A DNA stretch of 60,680 nucleotides, counting the filler, from Sphacelaria rigidula (taxonomy: Eukaryota): NCBI GenBank assembly GCA_964200075.2. It is 8 parts of 8 records of this genome, joined end to end, with 100 filler letters (N's around TTAATTAATTAA, not from the genome) between each part and the next. Parts side by side here need not be neighbours in the genome. Positions count along the whole stretch, not along the records: positions 22,795 to 30,292 come from CAXNAA020014642.1; positions 30,393 to 37,889 come from CAXNAA020014643.1; positions 37,990 to 45,486 come from CAXNAA020014644.1; 5 more parts are not named here. One strand, written 5' to 3'. The notes below the pieces were generated by a model. It was not told the DNA's origin. It was given only the letters and a program-made list of their open reading frames with translations, and did no database searches. Position 1 is the first letter of the stretch; each line of letters starts with the position of its first letter. The translations under genes were made by a program, and so were the position numbers. Below, one piece after another: positions 27,356-39,825 of this stretch.

Positions 27356-30072
27356 ACAGCACCGGGCAGTTGCGAAGTTTCCTTCTCATGGCGTGGCATA
27401 GTGGGCACATCACGATCAGATTCAACAGAGACTTGGACAACCGACCACGGTCCGATTTCGTCCACCTCTGTCGACAACATTCATGATGCTAAGAACCGCC
27501 CCTTTTTCAGTCAGGCTTTCTACGCGTTTTTTATGTCATCTGTACTTGGGGTGTGAAGCGCCGACGTTGTTTCATCGGTCACGCTTCGACGCCCTTCAGG
27601 GGTAAACACTGAACCCGCATTCGATGCGCCACACGAGTTATTTTCATTTTCATCCAACGAATTACTCTGTCCTGTCATTAATCCCGATGGGGCCGAAGCG
27701 CCGAGGGTTTCTCGGTCCTGCTTCTCTCCCCCTCAGTGTTTAACCCTGAATTTGCTGAAAGCCCCGGTCCCGAGTCCGACGCACTCTCAACTGACTCCTC
27801 AACACCTCCCTCTCTGGTCTCTGGTACATCAGACACGTTTGAACCTGCCACTACATTCAAGTTTGCATCACGCGACTATGCATCCGCCCTCCGCTGTGAC
27901 CGCGTGCGGACCCCGCTCGCAAACCTCACATTACACAACGAACGATCGCTCTCATCGGACATGTTGAGTAGTCGGTCATCGAACTGATGAACGTGCTGCG
28001 CCGACCTCGCTGAACTCTTTCCACGGGATACCGTCGTCGCCACTGTCGGGAGAGACGTCGTCGCTCTATTCCCAAATATAGGTTCAACCGTTTTTATGGA
28101 AGTCCGATGTCGTGATCAAAATACACCCGTGGACAGATGGCACCCTGTGGGGCGCACTATGCAGGGTCCGTACAGGGTCCTCCACAGTAATTGTGAAAAA
28201 AACCCTGACAGTGAAAATCCAAACCTGTACCCCTCGTAGCGTTTTGATAGGGTTTTCCCCAGGGTTGGTTTTACAGCCCTGTGTACGCTTGTCGGCAAAG
28301 CCATGCACAGTCATGTGGTAGTGTTTTGGTAAAAAACCCTGACGTTTTTTGTTTGTTTGAAAATTACAAATATTTTTATACAAAATCTGTAAATTTATGT
28401 ATTTTCAATAGCTTGTCCTCCTGTCCGAGGTAAATTCCTCTTCACCCGATTTGAATCGAGCGAAAATGAATTTATTTTGGACAGCAGGACAAGCTATTAA
28501 AAACAGATCCTTTTTTCGCCCAATTTCTTTCGGCAAAAAAAGGATTTATTTCGAACAGCAGAAAAAGCTGTTCAAGATCGATCCTTAATTTTCGAAATGA
28601 GCGAGAAAAAGATCTATTTCGAACAGCTTATTTTGCTGCGCAAATCCCATGCACACTGGCAGATTCGGAATTTGAACAGCAGAAGAAGCTCGAAATAAAT
28701 CTTTACTTTGCCCTCCAATTCATCCGGAGATTGGGGGAAAAGAGATTTATTGCGAGCAGCGTCAGCTGGGCAAATCCCGCACACTGCATCGTTGCCAGCG
28801 CATGGGATCCGACACGCAGAAAAGGTTGCTGAAAGGTATTCATCCTTTTGACCCCCAGTCCATGTGTACACGGGCTAAAGGATGAATAGCCCTCAAGAGC
28901 TTTCGCTGAATAGAGATCCCACGCGTTGGATACGTGTGTATGTCCACACCTATGCTTCATCTGAAGCCGCTGGAAGGGGTGACAAGATGCTGGACGATCG
29001 GGTATACCCCGCCCATATATTCACATACTTCACAAAACCCCGTATTCCATGGTCTACCAACACGAACCATGTCAAGAAAATATCACTTAATCAATCGTAT
29101 ACTAATAGTACATAGACCATCACCCCAAGATATCTATACTCCGTATATATCACCGCACACAAATCGAACATCAATGAACACCCGCCCGCACAACAGTATT
29201 ATTCCGCCCAGCTATACCACCACAACCCTGCAGCAAAGAGCACGGGTTGGGCACAGGGATATAGACACATACACACTGCCGTGCGGGTGGATCTGATGTC
29301 TTTCTCGTTGGCGGAAACTTGAGCACCTTCATATATGGTCGCGTCACCGCGCGGCGACGATATACGCGGGGTGCGTATAGGCGGGTGCGAGGAAGAGCCA
29401 ACCGGCCGCCTATATTATGCATACACACACTCACCATATGCATGCTGCGGACGCACCGCGATATAACATAGTGCAACATACAGGCCGCGTACGATATGCT
29501 GCGCGTTGTTCAAGTATTTTTTACGTCGCACTGTAGGTAGAGAACATACATATACATTGTCCTGCGCTGTCTGTACTGTACTTTGCCCCTTTGTTTTCAC
29601 GCCCTACTTACTGTGCTGCAGCAGCTGTGCACCAATATGCCATGGAACGCGCGTGAGAAACTGGAGTTCTTGACGGTATACAACACCCGCACAATATCAA
29701 AATAAGCTGCAGGCATCTACATTGTATACATAGCCAGCCATCTGCAGTACATGGCGCCGCAAGTAAAAGCACGGCGGTATAGCGCACTGTCCCACATGCA
29801 ATGGGATTGTACAGTCCAGTACAGTTTAATGTTTTAAATATATATCCCGAGTAGGCAGTATCAACCGCGCGATGATATGTTTCATTATTCCCTGTAAGTT
29901 GTTTTAGTTTCGTCCACACGGGACAAGGGGATTTTCATCAGGTATATGCATCCATGATGAAGGTAAATTGCGATCCGTCATCATGACGTTAGCTGCAACA
30001 AAAGCTTGCGTGCAGTATGTGGGACTTGTGACAGTGTTTGAGATAACCAACTAGACTACTGACCAGTCAGCA

Positions 30073-30292
30073 CTGACTGGTCAGTAGTCTAATTGGTTAC
30101 CTCAAACGTCACAAAAGTAAGTCGCTGGTTCGATTCCCGCCGAAGGCACTTTCCTAGAAGAAAAAAGAGGAGAGAAAACCCCTGTAAAAAATTGGCCCAA
30201 AAGAAAATGGGTGGGGTATAGCCTGGTGGCTATGTTTGGAGTGTAGTGCCAAGGACCCCAGTGCACACACTCTTGGAATGAGTGGGGGAGAC
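30073..30292 (+). mobile_element. tRNA-derived SINE 5' part (Asp-like head), family B, truncated by the contig end; inverted partial head at 30024-30070
   Basis: A-box-like TAGTCTAATTGG and B box GGTTCGATTCC; the inverted copy keeps CTGTCAC, the tRNA-Asp anticodon loop. Confidence 0.6.
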
Positions 30293-33200
30293 NNNNNNNN
30301 NNNNNNNNNNNNNNNNNNNNNNNNNNNNNNNNNNNNTTAATTAATTAANNNNNNNNNNNNNNNNNNNNNNNNNNNNNNNNNNNNNNNNNNNNAAACGATT
30401 CATTCACTAATTGACCGCTTTTCACTCTCAATCGTATCATCTACTCTCAATCTCACGAAAACACTGATTCATGTCGTGTCTTGACCCAATTTTTTGCAAG
30501 CTGGTTCCTGATCGAAGTCAATAAGTTTGTGTCTTCGGTAGGTCTGGCTTCACACAGCAGAATGCGTCGAGGAACGAACTGTATCTCGACCAAACACGGT
30601 ACTACAGTACAGGGCGTAGCTCACGTTGTACAACAGGGAATGGTCACTGGAAAAAATATTCATACTTTGAACGCGAGCATAGGTGATGACTTGAATCAGC
30701 ATCATTTTCACTCCAAATATTATTGCATGGCCCTCATGACCTCCCCTCGCGGTCAAGGGGTTGAGGGTCAATGCGAATGCAAAGGTTCCTCGCTGTACAA
30801 CCGCGCTTGCCAGTATTTGTGGAGCGCCCATGCACCGGCGCACTCGACCTAACGATAACTCTCTCCCTCTCAGCCGGGTGGAGGGAAGGTAATTGTGCAG
30901 GAATCGGTTCAGTAGGGGATGAGCAACACCCAGACGCGCGACACTTGGAAGTGGAAACGGGCGTGTTTTTGCGGCAGTTGCATTGTTTCAAATATGTCAC
31001 TGCTGCCGAACGCGTCGGTTCTTATTCAACTCTTATCGTACCTCACCCCCAAAACGTAGACCGTGCTCAGCAAACGAACAAATACATTTCCGTGTGTTTG
31101 TGGTTGCGCCGCGAGCAGTAAATGTATGGTGCAGGTGTAGCGCTGTGTGCACATCCGGTTCATGCATCTTGCCACACTAGTTGATCGCTACATAACCGCC
31201 ATGGCATTGCGTATCTTCCTGTTCACCGTTCTGATCGTTTTTTCAATACGTCAGGATGGGTTTCGACGTTCCAAGAGATTCCTGACGACGATTGAAGAAA
31301 CAATGGAAAATAAAACTGAGACATGCGGGTGTCCCAATCAAAGTTCGGGTAGGAAATTATTTCATCGTCCCTCAGTTTGAAAATAATCAAAATTCGGGTC
31401 AAGACAGAACCTCACGTTGTTGAAAGCTTTCTTTTCTCTCGCTCGCTGCTCTCCCCCGTGTCATGCCGAAGGGGTATCCATCCGGTAGATGTGGAGGTGC
31501 TCAATCAAGAGTGAGAAAATAGGCGGATGCGATGCGGCTCGGAAGAGACCACATCATTATTATAGCGACTTTTAGGCGTTACTACCTTGGGGTTTGGGGC
31601 TACGGATCTGAAATGAATCGAAAAAATCCCAGTACTGCCTCTGAGCCCTATGGCACCACGGGCACGGGCGCGTGCAGGCCGTTGGTAACTCAACCCCCGA
31701 AAATCATTACTTGTATTTCGGGCACTCGAAAATCTAACAAAAAAAACCCCTCTCGACAAACAATTGCATGTCGAGGGTAATAATCCTGATGCATTTTTGT
31801 CTTTGTACGGGACTCCTTCACTGCTTGCACGATTGAATATCCGAAACAGCACACGTTACACATTATGCCACCCCTGGGGATGTGTTTTCTGTAAGTTGAT
31901 CGGGCCTGAAACTCATCACCCGTCCGTGACTTTTGTTTCTTTAGGCGGGAGTAAACGAAGTTCCCCGAGGTGATCATCTTGGCGCACGCGATTTATCACC
32001 CGGTGTTGTTGTTTAGAGGGTGGTAAGAAGAGTGCAAATGTTATATTGCATCGTTTAACCTCCGGTACATGTGTTCCTTCCAGGAAAATGGATATACGAC
32101 GCCTGATAAACAATAGCACACTTCCCGCCCTTACCGAAACGATCCTTCTCGGATTTGAAGAAGCAACACGTACCGTACAACCATTTGTGTATATGCGGCA
32201 TTGCCCCCTCGGGTAATGAGTTTCCCTCCCCTGAACCTTGAAACCCGTACTACAGTAGATACATATATATATATTTGGTTTGATCCTGAACGCGCGCTGG
32301 GCACGCTAGCGAGCCTTCGGGATCATCAGCGCCGTCAAGATCTGGAAATGTGAGGATACACACCGAAAAATACGACACGCATGTTTCAACAATGTACATC
32401 TGGCGATGGGTGCGCGTAAACTGTATATTCGTAAGTACAGTGCTGTCACTGCGGTACGTCGTTTACCTCCCTTGCATATTCAGCGGCTTCTGGGTCTAGG
32501 CAGATCCGCGACCAGAAAACCATGACTGAAATGAGCTTCCTACCATTATGGATCGTAATATTCGGCTGTTTGGAAATCCCAAGTGCTTGAATCGGCGCCG
32601 GTTACGGTTAGTGCGTAAAAAGCCAACCATGTGTCATCCATAGGGTCTTGGTGGCAGGCCGGCGTATCCCGACTCGAAATAGCCGGTGACGTAACGGACC
32701 ACCAAGGGGGTCTCCTTCGGGGGTGGGGTGGTGCACAACGTACGATTGATATATAAACTGACGGTGAATGCGCAGGGTGATCAGCGATTGGCCCACGGGT
32801 GTTTGGACGCTCACGGGCGATCACGAATAGACTGTGCAAAGACATGAACGGTGATGGCGACAACCCACAAAATAGTTGCGTCGATCCTGTCCTATGCGTT
32901 GCGGTGGGTTATCCGCTTGTTCTGGTTGTAAATCAAAGACGCAGATTAAACTCGTTGGCGTCATCGGATATGTGTCGGTATTCATGGGCATCCACGAGTT
33001 TCCGCCGTCGTGCCCATGAATGCCCACGGCTGATCATGGACTACCCATACCGCCGTGGGTACCCACGAGCACCACAATCAACCACGAAGAACCATGGGTA
33101 TTCGTGGATTGGAATTCATGACATCCCATGGGTGCCCGTTGGGGAATCCGTAGGTACCCGTCGATTTTTTGGGTTGTTAATGAGTGCCCGGGGGTACTCA

Positions 33201-34677
33201 TGAGTAATCCATGGGTTCCCATGAGTCATGCTAAGGGGTCTAAAGACCCCTGTTTCCCCAAAGCAGAAGACGACAACAAAATATAAATCGAACAAGCAAT
33301 CGACCAACGAACGAACTTATAGTTCACGTATTCACCGGCGAACCCGTTTCTTTTTCCCGTTCGATACTTTGATTTATGGTATAAATTTCTCTCATCGTAT
33401 CCTATCGTGTTCTGAATACGCAGCAAGTCACATATTACCTCTCCTGCCACCCGCCCCCTCTCCCTCCCCCTGTAAGCAAATTTCAGTTGTTATTGTCGAT
33501 CACCAAGCGGTTGGATATTGGGCCCTGAGGATACCGTAGTGTTTACTCAGGGCGCGTCTTTGACAAACCAATCAACCGAAAATCAAAATGGAAAGAAGAG
33601 GGTGCCGTGATTAGTCCGTTGCCCTGGACCGCGACAAAGCTGCTCTTGATTTTCCGAGTTCTACGAAGACACCAGTGTTGACCTGTTGTCGAAAAATCAG
33701 TAAGCTCATCAAAAACGCAACAGAAGAACGCTTCAAGGGTCGCTAGGCAGCGTCAGAACGTTTCAAAAGGCGAACGTGCACTTAAGATTCCGGCGCACGC
33801 AACATCGCGCGCAGACGCTCACGACTAGAACGCGCACACCTCACAAATGGCCTGAATTCACTACAGAAGGTTCTGCTTCTGACCGCGCGCGCTTGGTTTC
33901 AAATTGGGCGACAATCAAGGACATGTCCGGATATTTTTTGTCAAGACTTTCCGCGTCATGGTGTGCAGTGTTTGGTTCCACTTGTACTCGGTAATTTTGA
34001 AACAAGAGCTGTATTTGCAAACTCCTTACTTGACGGATTGAAGACGAAGCAAGGGCACATGGTGTCGGAGTTACCGTGAGGACTGTCGAGCACCTTTCCG
34101 GGGGCGCAGTGCAACTCACTTGCTCAATGGTTTCAATCGCTTGACTTGAATTTTGGCGCATCAGTTTTTCGTCGTTGTGAGCTCGAATTTCACATATTCC
34201 GGAGGTCGGTTCCGTGTCTAACTGCCTCATCAAAATCGAAGTCGGACATCGAACGTTGAGCATCGAGTTCAACACATTATTCATGGCTTTTCGAAAGGCA
34301 CGCCGGCAGGACGTTGTCCTAAATTTCATGTTTAGAGCTACTTGCTTCTGTACCGATCATCATTCAATCTGTCACCGAAGTAAAACCGAAAGGGTTACTA
34401 CTCCCTGTGCTGAACATCCCTGTCCCATGAGACAAGCCTTGGATGCAGTCGGTAAGAAGTCGATGTAAAGTGTGTTCCTCGCGGTGTCGATTCATACGGT
34501 GACGAAAAAACACTGGGTATCACTCATGACTACTTGAGAGTAAACCATGTATGGGCCTGAGATTTTGCCAGAGTACAGCGGACGGCGGGGTCAACCCAGC
34601 AAGCAACGACAGACACACTTTCATACACAATACAATGTGACCAATCGTCAAGACTAAGCGTTTATGCTTTTTTTATT

Positions 34678-35025
34678 GCCCGGTGGTGTAATAATGGTCC
34701 GACTGTCGCCTTTAGGGTGTGGAGAACGAGGGTTCGATTCCTGAGGCGTTGGGTTTTTTCTTCGCAATATCTGATTTCCACCGTGGAAAACGTGAGGACG
34801 CGAGTAAACAAAGTAGTCGACTGGGTTCGTTTGACGTGATTTGTCGCGGTAAGGGAGTGCTGATAGTCATGACCCAATCCGCGAGACCAAAATGCAAGGC
34901 GTGTACCGGGGAGAGATGGATTGATCTCTTGAGGTCACGGACTCGTCCCGAGGGAGGGGAGGGATTCAAAGTGCGACAAATGAATGAATGGATGGATGGA
35001 TGGATGGATGGATGGATGGATGAAT
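34678..35025 (+). mobile_element. tRNA-derived SINE, family A, with a (TGAA)/(TGGA)n tail
   Basis: TGGTGTAATAATGG A-box-like, GGTTCGATTCC B box, ~230-bp body shared with two other copies, microsatellite tail. Confidence 0.8.
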
Positions 35026-38000
35026 ATTGCATGGTATTGTGCACCGTACCAGTCTATTTGGGCTGTGTAGAACCCCTGAGTTCGATGGGTATCAAGCGTG
35101 ACGGCTTATATCTAGGGGGTGCTATGTCTTGGAGTGATTCCATTTGATTGTGTGGTTGAGGTTGACCAATATCGCTGTAACCTTACGTCATATTACACCC
35201 ACCGGTTCTTTGTGCTGTGTGCACACGCGTTGCATTATCTTGGTATGTGCATTTTTCACCGCGCTTTGTGTGATATTGTGTTCTCGTCATTACTGTAGCT
35301 GTCGTTATCGTGTCCGTTTTTGTCTCAAGCATCGAAACGCCCCTTGAGATACATATGTAGCCCCGGCACCGAACTGACCTTGTTGTTGAAAGCGAATCAA
35401 AATTCTACGTAGAAACTTACATGGTTGTTGCTGGGTATCTGCAGTACATGTGTTTATACATGTTGCCCGCCATCTCGTCCCCTCAATTCCATCCTTTTCG
35501 ACCCCAAAATGAAAATCTTTCACATTGCTTAAACGTTAGCCGAGAAGACCTCTGATCTTGCATGCTGTAGTCATATGACCGTTGACCTCGCATCCCTAAA
35601 AAGCCAGGACGGAGCACATCGTGTTTCCGCTGCACCAGACTCGCAACCAATCTCCAAGCGCACAGATATGGGGGCAGGCTTCATGTCTAGCAAACTTTCT
35701 TTTTTTTCACGTCAACCCCAACTCTCCGACTGGTGCGTACATCAACTCTGAGTTCAAGAGTTGCTCCGAGTCTTGCAGCGAATTCTCATTACATGAAAAA
35801 ACTTGAGCCTGAAGGTCCGACCACGTCTCGCAGCTCAATTACTTGGATTTGGAATATACCTGTATTTTGGGTTTAAACAAGAATGGAGTGCGGAGTTGCC
35901 ATTTTTTAAAGAGAATTGATACCCCTCGTGTAGCTTGTAAATACCGTTTACCCGGTTCAAGGCCGCTTATCATGCCCTGAAAAATAAATCTACGGGAAAA
36001 CTGCCTTCTTAGTCTCTCTTTGTCGTTTTCTCCTGAGAAGAGGCCTCTGTGGATTTTGACGCCTGGGGAATGACCAACTCTACGTTCGGAGACAGTTTCG
36101 AGATGCCTGCGACTTTTCTGATTGGCGAAGGAATTGATCTGACCAGGCTTGCAATACCTCAGACCAACGTTCCAAAGTCAGATAGACAACGATCATGTTG
36201 TTCCGTTTCCGCCCATTCGGTGTTCCCGAGTGACTAGCGCGCAAGAATTCCCAACCAGCTACAAGGTCAAACTTTGTGGACTAGAGAACGCAGAAGTGTG
36301 TCTGAATCCTCTCGGCAAGTAGAACAAGTCATCATGAGGTGGCAGAATTTGCCTAGCCCTCTTCGGCAAAAACCATCGCGGAAGGATCAAACAGGCCCTT
36401 CTCCCGAGATATGTCTTTCTTCCCATCATAGGAAGGGGGTTTCCTGGTAATGTGGCTCGCCGATAGTATAGAATTATCGACCTTTACCGTTGCTCAAGGT
36501 CCCCCATTTTACATTTATCCTGCAGACCTCCCCGGGGAGATGAATACCCCAGATGGGTATCCCACTGAGATGTATGGTCCATCATCTGGGATATCCGTAT
36601 TCTAGTGGGCTGTTTAAACGGGGTATGGATATCCATCTTAGATATCCGTTTGGGACACTCATCTAGGATATCTATTTGTGGTATATCCATTTGGGATTTT
36701 CGAGATCGATATTCATGTGAGACATCTTTCCGGGATATCCATTTCCACGTAAAGTATCCGTCTGGGATATCCATCTGGGATATCCCTCTGAGACATCGAT
36801 CTGGGACATCGATCTGGTATATCCACAGCCCCGTATGATATCTGTTCGCCAAGTTTTGCCGTGTGCGCCAAAGCAGCACTATTGAGTCGTCGCCGAGTGT
36901 GATAGGTCGAGCGCGTGGTACGTGCAGTTGATGATAAAACACGAATGAACACTCTGATTTGTAACGTCGCCTTGGCACCGGTTACTGACATGGCATCCCT
37001 CTCTGTTGGCTTCACCGAAGGGACGGTGTGCCGCCGAGAAAACATGTCGATGTCACCTCGTAGTTGCAATCAAACAAAGTAGCGAGGAGCACCCCGTGCC
37101 AATTTTACCTTTTGGCGATGTGCACGTGGACATTTGTTGTATCCACACTATCGATGCTACAGCTAAGAGGGTAATGCCCGGTGGAGGTTCCGGATGGGAA
37201 GCGATCTGCCGCATGGATGTCGCATTCGTTACTCCAAGGGATTCCACAATTCCTTAAACGAGGATTCCATATCGACGTGCCGAATGGACGCTCAAGTTAT
37301 ATTCGTTCCCGGAATACACATGTATGCAGGAAGCATTTCAGAGGTGAATATCCGCCTATCCGGAGGACTCCATCTGGCATATCCTACATGCAGATGAACA
37401 TCTCAAGAGGATTTGCTATCCCACGTGGACACCCCCGAATGACACCCCAGATGGATAGTACATCCCAGATGGACATCCGATTTGGATATTCCATATCCCG
37501 GAGAGACATCCCACGTCGACGTCCACGTGGACATTCCAAGTGCACGTCTTAGATGAATATCCCAAGGCGTCATGGACGCACCAGATGGTTCTGAATATCC
37601 CGGATGTACATCTCTCCAGTATATCCGCATCCCCGCGGTTCATCCTAGATGGGTATGGTATCCCAGATGGAGGTCGCACGGTAGTGCAGGGTTGCCCAAG
37701 TTCCGGTCTTTCTTGCGTGCGTAGACATTGTGATCCGGTTACAATTTTCATTCGAACATATTGTGACGGTATCAAGTAAAACGCCACAGTGTATCGGGTG
37801 TGACCCTCGGTGTGTGTGTTGTGTTTTTTTTTGTATGATTCATTGACCGCCGGAGTCTACACCTTTCGGTATATGTGGGCGCATCAGCCNNNNNNNNNNN
37901 NNNNNNNNNNNNNNNNNNNNNNNNNNNNNNNNNTTAATTAATTAANNNNNNNNNNNNNNNNNNNNNNNNNNNNNNNNNNNNNNNNNNNNCGACTTAGATG

Positions 38001-38420
38001 TACCGTACTCCCCCTCTCTACCTGTACCTCTCATTTTGGCTGTTCTGGGGGGGCGCCATGGGTGACTTGGCGTCCGAACCATTTCTCCCCGCTGCCCCCT
38101 GGTTATACACACATATATAACACAAGTATACCACACCCTTAGGGTATATCTATGTAATATGGGCAGATCTTTGGCCCACGGATTGTTCGCTTCTGGCACG
38201 TTTGACCCATCGTTTGACCCCCAAGCCAAGACTAACCGCCAACACACATCTCCGACACGTTGCATCACCCCACAGAGAGGAGCTGGTCTGCTTTTCAGAG
38301 TCGCTCTCCTCCGAGGTTCGAGATTTGCCGCGGAACAATTTTTTTGCAAAAATCTGTCCTTGCCGACCCCCGCCAGTTTGGGATGGGAAGATTACAAATC
38401 CTCGTGACATGACAACAATC

Positions 38421-38686
38421 TATAGAGTGATGCTGCGATAGGGTCAGCACTTTTACGGCCTGAGAGTAGAATTGTTAGGAACCCTCTATCTCATCCAAAA
38501 CACGACTTTCGAAATAGGTGAGAGTACGCCAGGGTTTTTCCTCCAATTTGCTAGGGATATCCCGAATGAATTTGCAAACGGGGATATCCTGACCCATGTT
38601 CTTGTGTAGTTCCTAATTTTAGGAACCCCTGAATCAGGCCGGTTTTGGCCCCAAAAGTGCAGACCCTGTCGCAGCATCACTCTATA
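38421..38686. mobile_element. MITE with ~40-bp TIRs, TA-flanked (Tc1/mariner-type)
   Basis: TATAGAGTGATGCTGCGATAGGGTCAGCACTTTT ... AAAAGTGCAGACCCTGTCGCAGCATCACTCTATA. Confidence 0.8.
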
Positions 38687-38717
38687 TGAAACCTCCGATT
38701 GACACATTCAATGATTT

Positions 38718-38997
38718 GACACCTTACAATGATTTGCTCCACTCATTCAGGTGGGTCCAGGACATTTCCCCCTTTCTTGGTGGCCGCAGTTTTGATTTTG
38801 GCCAAGGAACGTTTTGTCCAGGGAGGGTCAAGTCCAGAAAACATGGCGATTCTATGGCGAATTTCTCTGTATTTGAAGGTTTTCGACTGTTCTTGAACTA
38901 AAGTTCTTGGTTGGCGAAAAAAGAAACTACGGCCACCGGAGAACGAGGAAATGTCCTGGAACCCCCCAACGAGTAGAGCAAATCATTCCAACGTGTC
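38718..38997. mobile_element. MITE with ~75-bp imperfect TIRs
   Basis: GACACCTTACAATGATTTGCTCCACTC..TCCAGGACATTTCC..GGTGGCCGCAGTTT is mirrored by AAACTACGGCCACC..GGAAATGTCCTGGA..GAGTAGAGCAAATCATTCCAACGTGTC. Confidence 0.75.
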
Positions 38998-39075
38998 GGC
39001 GTCCGCCTAGCTCTCGCTTGTGGCACACGACGACGTGAAAACTCCAAAAGAGCACTTTTTCAGATTCCCACTCAC

Positions 39076-39218
39076 CTTCGTAAACTCCTCTGCAATCGCT
39101 TCCGCTCCGACGTTATCTTTTTTCGTGCAATCTTGTATGGAGCCGATGATCCCCATGAACATATAAAGTCTATCGTAATTGCTCCGTTCTGACAGCGTCT
39201 CTCCCACCTCGTTCAAGG
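39076..39218 (-). pseudogene. ParB/Srx-like gene, exon 2 (end of the ParB domain and start of a putative HTH)
   Basis: GCAG acceptor and GTGAGT donor. A phase-1 join to exon 1 gives ...MRTIGD-A-LNEVGETLSERSNYDRLYMFMGIIGSIQDCTKKDNVGAEAIAEEFTK. Confidence 0.7.
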
Positions 39219-39825
39219 CTGCGCCGTTGTGCCGACATAGATATGTGGAGAGGGAACGTTTTGACGTGGTTGACTAGGGATGATGACTCATGAAGTCGGT
39301 GTTTTGTGGGCTCCAAACTTGAGAACTGAGGAAAAGCTTCATTTTTAAATTGTAAATAATCAACAAAACTTCGAATGCCCAACTTGTCGTCTTGCCCTCA
39401 TGCTAGAAGGCGCGCCTCGTGAGGGAATACTGCTACAACGCCACAACAAGGACGGGAATAAGGCGCGTATCGCACGCCTGATTAAAAAACAGCTTGAACC
39501 GGGGCTTGAAAACAAAAAAGTAGTTAATAACAAAAATGGAGGTTGATTTTAACACAAACACGCACATACGCCAAATAACACCTGTTTGCAGGATCATTCA
39601 AACTCCATCCAACTCATTCTCAGCTACGACCGCAACCCTGCAGCATAGAGCACGAGTTGAGCACAGGGATAGATACCTGCAGGAGTTGGGTGTGCTTTGT
39701 TTATTTTTTGTTGGCAAAACCTTGCGCATCTTCTCTCATGGCAGGCATTAGGGACGAAACTGCGTGGTACGGTGAGCACCCGAGTTGCGTGCACGCTATT
39801 GGACAAAGCAGGCAATACAAAGCTG

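Larger units (their letters stand above)
22851..28080 (-). mobile_element. Decayed gag-bearing retrotransposon (probably LTR Ty3/Gypsy-type; a DIRS/Ngaro-type is not excluded)
   Basis: Intronless chain of minus-strand ORFs broken by stops and frameshifts. Gag-like helical region at 23951-24697 followed by the zinc knuckle CLNCGSSEHLLARDC (23847-24089). No RT or integrase visible; boundaries approximate. Confidence 0.65.

Noticed and set aside
30073-30150. Functional tRNA gene (also the SINE A heads at 34678 and 58462)
   Set aside because: A/B boxes are present but I could not fold a proper cloverleaf, and the heads run into repeat bodies.
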